DNA of 64,000 bases, taken from Dictyostelium discoideum. Its lineage: Eukaryota. The stretch is from positions 2,944,001 to 3,008,000 of the forward strand of contig CM000153.2 in NCBI GenBank assembly GCA_000004695.1. Direction: 5' to 3'. The notes under the pieces were generated by a model that made no database searches, was not told where the DNA came from, and saw only the letters and a program-made list of their open reading frames with translations. Within the stretch, counting starts at the first letter, position 1. Every line of letters begins with the position of its first letter. Made by a program: the position numbers and the translations under genes. Below, piece by piece: positions 13,139-29,017 of this stretch.

Positions 13139-16755
<3,617 letters not shown>

Positions 16756-16974
16756 AATTTTATGCATTTTCATCATAAGTGTTATTTTTAATAATAAATA
16801 AATAAAATAAAATTATCATTGTTTATAATTTGTTTTTTTTTTTTTTTTTTTTGACAAAATTTCTCCTCAGTAATCGAGTTCTCCAAATTGTTTTTTTTAA
16901 AAAAAAAAAAAAAAAACAAAACACTCTCAAAAACAAAAATATCTTTTTTTTTTAAACAAAAAAAAAAAAAAAAA

Positions 16975-18133
16975 ATGGAAAACGAAGAAGAAATTTTTAA
17001 AAAATTATTAAAGAAAGCGTCAGCTTCATCATTCGAAAAAATTATAAATTTAGATTTAAATAATTGCAGTGTTGATTTTAATAAATATGTAAATAATAAC
17101 TCCTGTATAATAATGTCAATATAAAACAATTAAAATTCTAATTATTTATTTTAAAAAAAAAAAAAAAAAGGTTTTATTATTACCAAAATTAATTAATTTA
17201 AAATGTTTGATTTTAAGTAATAATAATACTAATCAACTACCACCATTTGAAAATTTACAATCATTAGAAGAATTATATTTAAGAAATTTTAGTGTAACAC
17301 CTCAACAAATTAACAAAACATCATTATCAACAGATTCAGATTTAACCAAATCATTTATTACAAAAATTAAGACATTAACAAAATTAAAACATTTGGTTAT
17401 CACTGGAACAAAATTTGATACAAATTCTTCAAAAGATTATATAATTCATTATTTAACAACTTTAGAAACTTTAAATTTCGAAAGTAATATGAACTATATA
17501 TTTATTTATTATTGTTTAAAAAATTAAAATAATCTAATTGAATTTAATTTTATTATTATTTTTATAGGAATAACAAATGAAAAAAGACAGGATGTAAATA
17601 ATAGAATAAAACTTATAAGAGAAAAACATTTAATTAATAAAAGTCCAACCTCTGCAAAAATATTAACTACACCAAATAAAACAGTAGTAAATAGACAACA
17701 ACCACAGGATTTATCAACAAAGAAATTAGTAAATACAACATCATCCATTATAAACATTTCAAAGTCAACACCAAATAAATTACAAAATCAAGTTCAATCA
17801 TCACCAAAGCTTTCAAGTCCAATAACTAAGAATAAAGAACAAATAGTTTCAACAACTTCACCTCAAAAACTTAATAATAAGGTTGATTTTAAATTACCAC
17901 CACAAATTATTGATAGAAACTCTCCAAAACACCAACCAAAAATACAATCAGATGTTTCATCACCATTACCAATTGAAATTATTCCAAATATAATTGAAAA
18001 AACATCTGATAGATTAAATGGCCAAAGTAACCTTATTCAAGCCATTTCCTTATTAATAGGCTCCATCACAACACTCAATGATATTGATTTCATCGAAGAC
18101 ATATTATATGAAAGAAAAAAAATATTAAAATAA
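16975..18133 (+). CDS. Leucine-rich-repeat protein with an LRR-cap-like segment and a Ser/Thr/Lys-rich tail; join(16975..17088,17171..17483,17568..18133).
   Basis: MENEEEIFKKLLKK...IINLDLNNCSVDFNKY | VLLLPKLINLKCLILSNNNTNQLPPFENLQSLEELYLRNFSV...LKHLVITGTKF...LETLNFE | R-ITNEKRQDVNNRIKLIREKHL... Donors GTAAAT and GTAATA, acceptors (A)nAG and TATAG, phases consistent. The single-ORF alternatives end in junk. Confidence 0.65.
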
Positions 18134-18384
18134 AATTATAAAAGAATTATTTGTTTGAACTATTTTTTTTTTTTTTTTTTTCAATCTCCGTTTATTATTT
18201 TTTTAAGAACCATTTTATTTATGCATTTAACTAAATAGATAATTTTAAAAAAAAAAAATAAAAATAATAATAAAAATGTCATGAATAGATATTATTTAAG
18301 AGATGGACGGGGCAGATATAGATTTTTTCTGATTAATTTTATTTTGGTAATTTTTTTTATTATGAGGAACATCAATGAAATCAA

Positions 18385-18422
<38 letters not shown>

Positions 18423-19876
18423 TATTTGGTATTAAAAAAGATTAAGGAAAATAAAAAAAATTAAACTGGTTAATTAAAAAAAAAAAAAAAAAAAATTTCT
18501 GATTTATTTTTGAGTAATCTCTTATCTGTATCTATTTTTGGAATTTAAAAAAGGTGAGGAAAAAATTTAAAAAAAATAAAAATAAAAAGTTAAAAAACAA
18601 TGAACAAAGTTTTGGGATTTATTTGATGATCATTTTATTTTAATAAAAATAATATTTATGGTAGCATAACTGATTTTCCTGATAATGATCTGGGTTGTTG
18701 TGGAGTTGGTGAGGTTTTAGAAAAGTCTGATAATTCTTTAAATGGGCCGCCTTTACGAGGACCACTTGATACATCTGGTTTAATTCCGAAATCTATTATT
18801 AATAAAAAATTAAAAAAAAAAAAAAAAATAATAATAATATAAAATTAATAAAAAAAACCAAAATAAATAAAAAATTTAAAATACAAATAACAAGAATAAA
18901 AAAAAAAATGGAATCCATAATAAAAATAAAAAATTTTACTCATTTTGTTTTATATAAAAAGAAGAATTGTAAATAAATTTGTTTTTGTAAAAAAAAAAAA
19001 ATAAAAAAAAAAACATGGTTTGCTAAAATTTGAAAAAAAAAAAAAATTAAAAAATAAAAATAAAAATATCAAATATTTAGATTTTTATTGAAATTTTTGA
19101 AAATCACTTTATTTATAGGGATTTTTTGGACCATTAACAATTAATAATATAAACTGACAATTTTCCTAACAATACAAGTTATTAAATTAAAATAGTTGAA
19201 TCAATTATTTTAATCTAAATTATATATTTAATTAATGTCAAAGTGCTAGAACAATCATATCATCTTTTTTTTTTTTATTTTTTTGTGGTCTCTCTACATT
19301 TTATAAAAAAAAAATATAAATAAATTTTATTTTTTAATGGGGTTTGTGATGTGGGATTTGGGAAAAGATTGTGTTGTGAAAAAAATACCAGTTAACAAAA
19401 TCAAATTAATTATTATAAAAGTTTTTAAAAAACCAAAAAATAAAGATATGCGCGTCAAAGATTTCAGTAAAAATCTAATTTTTTTTTTTTTTTTTTACAA
19501 AAAAATAATGGTTTTTTTTTTTTTTTTTGTAACCAAAAATATTTGCATTTTTTAAATTTATAATAGCAACATGGGTAATATTTATTTTCAATTTCAATTC
19601 TATTTTTTATTTTATTCTTAAAATAATAAATAAATTGTTTTTTTTTTTTTTTTTTATTAATACCTATTATTTTTATTATTATTAATACATATAATTTTAA
19701 TCAACAGTATCAACACGAATAGATGATCGAGGAGGAAGTGGAGGAAAAAATAAACAAGGAATTGTTTTTCCAATAACTCCTAAACCTATCCAAGCCCCAA
19801 CCATACCAATTGGATCAAATAAACCAATTTTTCAACCATAATTTTCATTTAATTTAAAAATAAATTTATTTAAATA

Positions 19877-19921
<45 letters not shown>

Positions 19922-20200
19922 AAATAATTATTGTTATAATATATTATTTATGGTTTCTATTAAAAAAAGTAAAATTAAAAAAATATCTAAAATACAAAAA
20001 AGAGATATCAAACTCCTTTATTGTTTTTTTTTTGAAAACAAATTATTAATAAATCGAAAAAATAAATTTTAATTTGAGTTAAATCGAAAATAAAAAACAA
20101 TTAAATGATAATTCCATTTTTTATTATTACTATTTTTTTATTATTTTTCTTTTTTCTTTTTTTTTTTTTTTTTTTTTTTGTTATGTTTAAAAACAATAGT

Positions 20201-20331
20201 TTAATCTAAATCTATTAATTTTGTTCCATGAACAGAGGGAGGTGAGTTTGGATTTATATTTGTATTTGAAGTTTCAGTTTTAGTGGTTGAAGTCTCTGTT
20301 TTTTTATTTGAAATTAGTTTTGTAATTTTAC

Positions 20332-20362
<31 letters not shown>

Positions 20363-20662
20363 GGGTGGAATAGGTTTTGAAGTTGTGTTTGTTGAATACA
20401 TTGAACTAATTGTAGTAAGAGGAGGTTCGTCTGGTTTTTTATAAACTGAAGAAGGCACCTTTATTTCTTCATTTGAGCCGTCGTCTGTTGGTTTTTCAAC
20501 TTTGTTATCTCCTTTTGAGGTTTTCAATGGTTGAATTATATTATTTTTGGCAAGTGATATATTTGTATCAATTCTATCTAAAATATTTAATATATTTGAA
20601 TCTTCTCCAACATAATTTTCATCATCATCATCTTCTAAATTGTTTACATTTTTAAATCCCAT
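20201..20662 (-). CDS. Hypothetical acidic/Asn-rich 153-aa protein.
   Basis: Clean ATG-initiated ORF with Dictyostelium codon usage, flanked by A/T-rich sequence. No recognisable domain. Confidence 0.4.
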
Positions 20663-20664
20663 AC

Positions 20665-20671
20665 TTATGCT

Positions 20672-20731
<60 letters not shown>
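20665..20731. repeat. (TTTA)n microsatellite immediately upstream of the minus-strand gene 20201..20662.
   Basis: About 15 tandem tttatttattta units. Confidence 0.9.
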
Positions 20732-20866
20732 TTAAATTGAAAAATAAAAAAATTAAAAAAAAAAAAAAAATTAAAAAAATTAATTTGTCTAAAAAAAAAA
20801 TAAAAAAAAAAAAAAAAAAAAAAATTATTTTTTAAATTAAATTGCTGAAATAATGAGCCCGAAGGG

Positions 20867-20897
<31 letters not shown>

Positions 20898-21338
20898 TAG
20901 CCTGGTGGAATTGTTTTGTTGTTTTGTGAGTTAAATTAAAAAAGTAAAAGTAAAATAAAAAATAAAAAATAAAAAAAAAATAATAATTATGGTATAAGGA
21001 TTAAAAAAATAGTAATAAAAAAAATAAAAAATGATTTTTTAAGTAAGTTTGAACTAATAAAAAAATAATTAGTATCTTTTTTATTTTTTTTTGGCACTAT
21101 TTTTTTTTTTTTTTTTTTTTTTATTAAAACTCTATTAAATAAAAAATAATTATGGATAGTTTGGAAAAAAAAAAGTAAATTCTTACAGTTGAGATTTTTT
21201 TTTTTTTTTGGAATAATATTAATAATAATTTTTTTTTATTTTATTTTATTTTATTTTTTTTTGTTCTTTTTAATGCGCTATTAAAAAGTTGTCGTTTTGA
21301 TTTATAAAGTGAAGATCACTTGAAAATGATATTTTTCA

Positions 21339-23249
21339 TTATCTAGAGTTATCATTTATCATCTGTAAATCTCTTGAAAATGAGAGACGTTTCCAAAATC
21401 TTGGACTAGCGGAAGTGAAAAGTTTTGGAGGGGTTTTATCTTTCTTTGATTTCTGTAATTGTACATATTCATCATGTTTTTGTTGAAGGTCAGTGATTTT
21501 TGAAACTTCATTCAAATAATTGTCATATTCTTCCTTGGTGACGATGAGATTTGCCTTGAGTTCCTCTTGTTCCTGATAGGAGAAACCAATGTTATCAAGA
21601 TAGCCTGGAACACTACCATACATTTTATCGATCCAAGTCAAAAGACCCTCCATAGTCCAACGATGGGATCTTACAAATTCATCTTTTGCTAAACCTACAC
21701 GAGTAAAGTATTTCTTAATTTGGTCGATGAATTGGGCGATATTTGCTTCAGACTTTGAATAGTCATCGATTACGACTTCTCTTGATACACCCAATGCCGA
21801 TAAGAGCAATGCTGATACCATACCGGTACGATCTTTACCCAATGAACAATAGTACATGATTGGATAGTTATCAGGATTCTTTAAGATTCTAAAGATGGTA
21901 AGGATTTCCTCCTTGGTGTAAATCAATGTCAATTTGTACATCTCTATGATACCCAAATCATTTAGATGATTCATTAACATGTAACCACCGATTTGATCAT
22001 TGAATAAGAGGTAACGAGCTGCATTACATTTTAATTTGGTATCATTTGGTGCAGTTGCGTAAACACCCTCTAAAAAAAATTTATTATTAATTAATGGTAT
22101 ACAAAAACGTTTTCTTAAAACACCACTACTATGTGAACGTAATTTTGTCAATTCTTCTGGTGTCAAATTTCTATTATAAATTCTCCATAAAATACCATTT
22201 CTTTGTTCCTCCATATCTTTTTGTTTTTCATTCTTTCTTTCAATTGCAACTGGGATTCCTCCACCTGATTTTCTTAAACTTACACCACCACCACTACCAT
22301 TACTATTGCTACTTGTCAAATTTGGACTTTTATTACCATTATTATTACTATTACTACTCAAACTACCACCTAAATTATTATTTTCATTAACATTGGTACT
22401 ATTATTAAAACCACTATTATTTAAATTATTATTACCATTATTACCCATTCCGCTGTTACCCAAACCACTATTGTTACCCATGCCACTATTACCCAAATTA
22501 TTATTACCCATGCCACTATTACCCAAACCACTATTACCCAAACCACTATTACCTAAATTACTACCTTTTGAATTTGCTAATTCACTACTAATTTGTGATC
22601 TTTGAGATGGTGGTGACGGTCTACCATCATCTTTTATTGAATATTGTATGAAATTATCTTCAAACTTTCTAACTGGTGATATAGTTTTATTCTCCCATGA
22701 TGTTCTTAAATCTATTAATGTTTTTATATTTAATACTTCTAATAACCAAAATTCATCACTAACTGTTGCATTTGTTGGTCCTGCTGATCTACATACTACT
22801 CCTGGTCTTACAACATTTTGGCCACTAAAGAAATTTTATACATTTTAAATAAATAAAAAAAAAATAAAAAAATTTTATTATTATTATTATTATTAGTATT
22901 GTGTCTATTAAAAAAAAAAAATATGTAAAAATAAAAAATTAAATAATTACTCTCCAATTGGTATACCACCTAACGATCTAAAATTTGATATTGCTTCCAA
23001 ATTGATACCTTTGGTGAAAGAATAAAAAAGTATGGAAAATAAGGGAAAACATAAATAAAAAAATAAGAGAATGGTCAGTATGAGAAAAGTAAAATTATGG
23101 GTTATTATAAATGATATAACAAATGAAATAACAAATAAATTTGTTATATAATGATATGAATGATCCATACTACTTCCTGGTTGATTATCTAATTTAAATG
23201 TTGAGGTCCCAATTACTGGTTCTATTTCCTCAAATTGTGGGGCACTCAT
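21339..23249 (-). CDS. Membrane-anchored protein-tyrosine phosphatase of the Y_phosphatase3 (Siw14/Oca-like) family; complement(join(21339..22824,22951..23249)).
   Basis: Exon 1 (MSAPQFEEIE..., two hydrophobic helices, ...ISNFRSLGGIPIG) ends at donor GTAATT (22950-22945). Acceptor TTTAG at 22826-22825 gives ...D-GQNVVRPGVVCRSAGPTNATVSDEFWLLEVLNIKTLIDLRTSWE, the N-terminal pattern of this family. A (GNSG[LM]GNN)n Gly/Asn repeat follows, then the catalytic core with CX5R motif YYCSLGKDRTG. Confidence 0.75.
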
Positions 23250-23260
23250 TTTTTTATGTT

Positions 23261-23316
<56 letters not shown>

Positions 23317-23389
23317 TACTGATACTAATATTACTAATTATTATTACCTAATTATTTTAAATATTAAATATTTTTATTTATTTTTCTTT

Positions 23390-23429
<40 letters not shown>

Positions 23430-24573
23430 TTATTATTATTAATTTGTGGTCGTTTTTTTTGTTAACCCAATTTTTTTTTTTTTTTTTTTTTAAATTTTTT
23501 TAAATTTTTTTTTTTTTAAAAAAAAAAATTTTATTTTAAAAAAAATTAAATATTAAATGTACAAATAGTAATAATAACTGTTTATAAAAAAAAAAAATAT
23601 GGATTTATTTTTTATAAACTATGTCGATGTCTATTATTTGTAAATAAATTTATTATAAATTTATTATCTATGTTTTTTTTTTTTTGGTGTGTGTGTGAGG
23701 CGGGTGTGGGAAAAAAAAAAAAAAAAATAAAAAATAAAATAAAAAAGAAAATAAAACTTTTTTAAAAAAAAAATATTAAAAAATTAAAAAAATTATTAAA
23801 TAATATAAATAGTAATTTAAAGATTAGTTTTAATAAAAACAAATTTTTTATGTAAATTAAAAAAAAAAAAAAAATATTTATAAATATAAAAGGAAAAAAA
23901 AAATAAAAAATTAAAAAAATAAAAAAGATATTTAAATATAAGTTGCTTGTTAAAAAAAAAATAAAAAAAATATAAAATATAAAAAGTCTAAAAGCCTAAA
24001 TACGCTTTCGATTTTTTTTTTGTAAAATTTGAATAAAATATAAAATAAAATTAAAAAAAAAAAAAAAAAAAGTTTAAATATAAAAAAAAATTAAAAAAAA
24101 AAAATAAAAAATAAAAAAAAATAAAAAATTAATTTGAGTCTTGCAACCATCTTGATTGTCAAAAACACAAAAACGTGCAATTTGTTTCAGAACATATTCC
24201 AAACTCAAAATTTTTTCTTTAATTTTATTTGAAATTTGTGTGATAATTTCTCATAATTTGTTTAATTTTTTTTCTATTTTTAAATTGAAAATTAAAAATA
24301 GATTAAATTATTAAAAATAACTATATTTTTGTCATATTGTTATAATAAAAATGATTTGCCAAATAAAAAAAATAAATAAATAAAAAATAAAAAATTTAAA
24401 TATTTGTATTAATAAAATAAATCAATTTAATTTATTTTATTTATTTGTTTTTATTTTTTATTATTTTTTTTTATTATTTTTATTATTATTTTATTTTTAG
24501 AAAAAAAAAAAATAATAAATTTCTATTACTAAATTCTATTATTTGTTGCTATTTTTTATTTATTTATTTAATT

Positions 24574-24605
<32 letters not shown>

Positions 24606-24643
24606 GTTTATTTATTTATTTATTTATATATTTACTTATTTAT

Positions 24644-24868
24644 TTAAAGTTCATACGCATCATCTCTAGTATCGGATGGTAATTGGTATGATTTCTTTTC
24701 ATTACTTATTCCATTTATACTTTCATCATTATTATCATCATTACTTGTTGAAATAATTCCAACAATTTTAGTTGATGATGATTTTGTGGTGGTAGAGGTG
24801 GTAGTAATTGGTGCGATTGTATAGGTCCCATTATTATCATTTGAATTATTGTTATTATTATTACTATT

Positions 24869-24901
<33 letters not shown>

Positions 24902-25773
24902 ATTATCATCATCATTATTATTGTTACTATTGTTATTATTATTATTATGATTATTATTATTATTATTACTATAATAATTTCCAATGAAATCATATTCATT
25001 TGCTTGTGATTCAAATATTGAATTATCTTGATCATTTTGATTTAGTTGAGGAATATCTAAAGAAGGATGTGGAGCAATGTAATTCATTAATTGGTTAGAG
25101 AATTGTCTTGCCATTGTTTTACTCGAACTAACCAATGGTTTGACAGCAGATACAGCTTTGGTTGCAGCAATTATACCATTCTCTTGAACTTTACTCCATG
25201 TAGTATTAGTTGAGTTAATATCATCACCACTACTATAAAATTCTTGACTATAACTACTCTTTAAAATATGTGTATTATAAATTTGTTGTTTTTGTTGTTC
25301 ACCATTATCATCGATATTATCAAAATTATTATTATTATTATTGCTACTATTATTATTATTATTATTAATTTGATTACGTAAAAATGTTGAAGTAAATGAA
25401 AATAATTGAGAGAATTGATTTGTTAATGGTTGTAAATCTTTAATTGAAGTTGTTAATTTATCTTGAAATCTATCCAACATATCAGAAGGTGGACCAGATG
25501 GATGAACTGGATAGTTTAATTGTGGTAATGGTAAATTTTGAAACATTTGTTTTTTCCAAAGATAAAAGTTTTTAGTAGTTGTCCAACGACGTATCCAACT
25601 ATCATTATATTGTGCTAATTGATCCATATTTGTTAAAACATTCTTTCCATCTTCAATCTTTATAAATCTACAAATTGAACTTAATAAACAAACTATATAA
25701 TTTTCAAATTGATCCCTAATCCATTTATCACAACCTTCTTTATAAACTGCATTATCATTATCACTATTATTAC

Positions 25774-25819
<46 letters not shown>

Positions 25820-27150
25820 ATTACTATTATTTCTATTATATAATTCAACTTTATCATAAATATTATCAATAAATCTACGATCTGAAGAAGTTAATTCCAT
25901 AATTCTATTTAATGATTCATCTTTGAATTGAATTTCACCATTTTGTATATCAACTATTGCATGAACGGTTGAAGGTGGGTTCTTTAAGAATAAACTATTA
26001 CTTGTACCAACTAAAAATCCATTAAAAGTTTTACCACTACCTTGTTGGGGTGGTAATAGTAGTGAGATTTGTTGTAATGGTAGATAAGGCTGTAAAATCA
26101 TACCACCACTTCCATAAACTTTCTCACCATCACTATTGGTGGTATTATTATCTTTACCATCATTAAACAATGGTATTGGTAAACCCAATTGATTTAACAC
26201 CATCTCTTCAGAGGTTGATGTGGTCCAATCAATTTGAAAATCATTTGAAATCGATTGATTTGTACTAAATAATAGATCATATGATTTGGAATGTAATGAT
26301 AATACACTCATTATTGCTTCAGACACTGGTGATACAGGTTGTGGACAAAATACCACAACACCTCTCTCTAACATTATCAATTTAAAAAATACTAAACTAT
26401 TTCTACCAAAATGCATTATTAATTTTTTTAATGACATTGATCCAAATAAAAAATCTGAATTAATTGGTATTAATTTCTTATTATTATTATTATTATTTTC
26501 TAAAACTTGGTTCATTTGATAACCAAAACTATTATTAATTACTAATTTTTCATTATTTCTCTCTTTAAATTCATTATTTTGTGCATGAAACCATGTAACT
26601 AATAGGTCTGTATTTTGAAAATCACCTTGATTAAAATAACATATTGTTGCACTTGATAATTGTGTTTTAAATGAATTAAAAATTGGCTTTTTTTTTTATT
26701 TTTCAAAGTAATAAAAAAAATAAAAAAAATAAAATTTTGATTAATAATTTTATATTTTTATTTGATATTTTATTAAAAAAAAAAAAAAAAAAAAAAAAGA
26801 TAATTTACAAATTTACTTAAAATAACAACAGATTTTTGAATACTTGAACGAGTATCTTCAGGTGTAATTGCTTGTTTTGGTAAATCTCTTTTATTTTTTT
26901 GTTTAAAATAACTGAGACCATATAATTTTTTTGAAGGTGATGTTGTTGGATTAATCTCTTCCATTATAAAGAATGTATAATCTTCAAAACTATTATGAAC
27001 GCCATCTGCTATACCATAGAATGGTAATAAATTCCAATTGTATTGTTTTTTACTTTCTTCATCTAAATCTGGATAAAGAAATTCAATTCTATGTCCTAAT
27101 GAATGATGAAATCCAATAACACCAATATATTCAATTAAATTTATTGACAT
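24644..27150 (-). CDS. AVL9/DENND6-like (DENN-related) late secretory pathway protein; complement(join(24644..26686,26809..27150)).
   Basis: Exon 1 MSINLIEYIGVIGFHHSLGHRIEFLYPDL... is the uDENN-type FHHxxGxxxEFxYP signature of AVL9 proteins. Donor GTAAAT after ...VVILSKF (26808-26803), acceptor (A)nAG at 26688-26687, phase 0. Exon 2 runs open from PIFNSFKTQLSSATICYFNQGDFQ... into ORF 24644..26515. Poly-Asn inserts are present. Confidence 0.7.
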
Positions 27151-27536
27151 TTTTTTTTTTTTTTTTTTTAATTATTGTTTTTGTTACTATTATTATTTAT
27201 AATTTATTATTATTATTATTTACTATTTATTATTATTATTATCTATAAAAGAAGTACTATTATATTATATATTGACTTTTGATACTACTCAAATTATTGG
27301 TAAAATTAAATTAAAAAAAAAAAATTAAAAAAAATAAAAAAAAAATTTTTAAAAAAAAAAAAAAAAAAAAAATTTAAAAAAAAATAAAATAAAATTGAAT
27401 TAATATTTTAATTTACCAAAATCAGATAAATTAAAAATTTTATTACTCCTAATAGAGCATTCAAATAAATAAATAACTTTTTAAAAAAAAAAAATTAAGA
27501 AAATAAAATAAAATAAAAATAATTATTAAAAACAGG

Positions 27537-27576
<40 letters not shown>

Positions 27577-27805
27577 ATAGTTTAAATCTAAATGAAGTTC
27601 AATTAAATAATTGGAATTTCTGATCAACCAAATATTAACAATAATTGTCTCCGTCACAAAAAAAAAAAAATTAAATAATTTGTCGGCTTTTGCACAATTG
27701 AGACAATGATACACTTTAAAAAATAAACAAAAATAAAAGAAAAATAAAAAAAAATCGTTTTTTCGGCAACTCGCTTAATTTTTAATTTTTAATTATTTTT
27801 TTTTA

Positions 27806-27837
<32 letters not shown>

Positions 27838-27988
27838 TTAGTATATTTGTTTTTTTTATTTTTTTTTTTATTTTTTTTATTTAAATTAAATTGTTCACCA
27901 CACACAATTATTTATATAAATAATAGAATATAATTCTATTTGTATTTTTTAGCGTATTTTTATTTAAATTATAGATATATATATAAAC

Positions 27989-28026
<38 letters not shown>

Positions 28027-28048
28027 TCAACAACTGAAATTCACCCAA

Positions 28049-28780
28049 ATGTCAAGAGAAGTTATTTTTACTGAAAAAGAAATTAAAGAAAGAGTTTCAG
28101 AATTAGGTAGACAAATCACTCAAGTAAGTAAAACTCAATTTCCAAATACTCTAACATGTTTTTTTTTTTTTTTTTTCACACAAAAAAAAAAATCCCAACA
28201 TGAAAAAGCGAAAAATAAAAAAAAAAAAAAAATATCTGGCCTGATAAATGATATTTGAATATTTTATTAATTGTTTTTTTTTTATTTTATTTTTTAATTA
28301 TTATTATTTTAGGATTATAAAGATAGTAAAAATTTAGTTTTAGTTGGAATTTTAAAAGGATCATTTGTTTTTATGTCAGATTTAGTTCGTTCAATTCATT
28401 TACCAAATACCAATGTATCATTAGAGTTTATGTCAATTTCATCTTATGGCGCAGAGACATCATCAAGTGGAGTCATTCGTATTATGATGGATTTAAGAAC
28501 CAGTATTGAAGGTAAAGATGTTTTAATCATTGAAGATATCGTTGACTCTGGTTTAACCTTAAAACATTTAATGGAATTATTGAATCATCGTAATCCAAAT
28601 TCACTTCATACCGCCGTTTTACTTCGTAAAAAAGAAGGTCTCAAAGTTGAAGTACCAGTTAAATATATGGGCTTTGATATTCCAATGGTTTTCATCATTG
28701 GTTATGGTTTAGATTTTGCTGAAAATTATAGAGAATTACCATATTTAGGTGAATTAAAAGAAGAATGTTATAAAAAATAA
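28049..28780 (+). CDS. hprT: Hypoxanthine-guanine phosphoribosyltransferase (HPRT); join(28049..28123,28313..28780).
   Basis: MSREVIFTEKEIKERVSELGRQITQ | DYKDSKNLVLVGILKGSFVFMSDLVRSIH...LIIEDIVDSGLTLKHL (PRPP-binding motif)...FIIGYGLDFAENYRELPYLG. Donor GTAAGT at 28124, acceptor TTTTAG at 28311-28312, phase 0. About 180 aa, as expected for HPRT. Confidence 0.85.
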
Positions 28781-28827
28781 ATAAATTTTAAAGAAAAAAA
28801 AAAAAAGAAATTATAATCATTTATTTT

Positions 28828-28830
<3 letters not shown>

Positions 28831-28905
<75 letters not shown>

Positions 28906-28912
28906 TTATATT
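28831..28912. repeat. (AAT)n microsatellite downstream of HPRT.
   Basis: About 27 perfect AAT units. Confidence 0.95.
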
Positions 28913-29017
28913 TTACAAATATTTATTATATTTATTTGTTTATATTACCATTATTTTTTAATTTTTTTTTTTTTTTTTTTTATCGATATTTACAAGTGTT
29001 TTTTTATTCCAATTATT

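Noticed and set aside
19337-19555. ORF 19337..19555 and many other 60-100 aa ORFs in A/T-rich intergenic DNA (for example 6276..6497, 6570..6824, 12831..13067, 23198..23503, 24445..24669, 32151..32554, 39452..39868, 62113..62581).
   Set aside because: They are composed almost entirely of poly-K, poly-F, poly-L or poly-I from A/T homopolymers and microsatellites. One (32285..32554) even spans the N-gap.
26773-27150. Junk C-terminal tails of ORFs treated as separate genes (for example 26773..27150 ending ...FVNYLFFFFFFF, 13139..15580 ending ...KYFIIIIIFFKLLI, 49789..50817 ending ...SFIINYYLLFIN, 30735..31142 ending ...CMYYKYIYIIY).
   Set aside because: Each tail begins exactly at a canonical GTAAGT, GTAAAT or GTATGT donor. 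The tails are intron read-through, and the ORFs are exons of the multi-exon genes listed in features.
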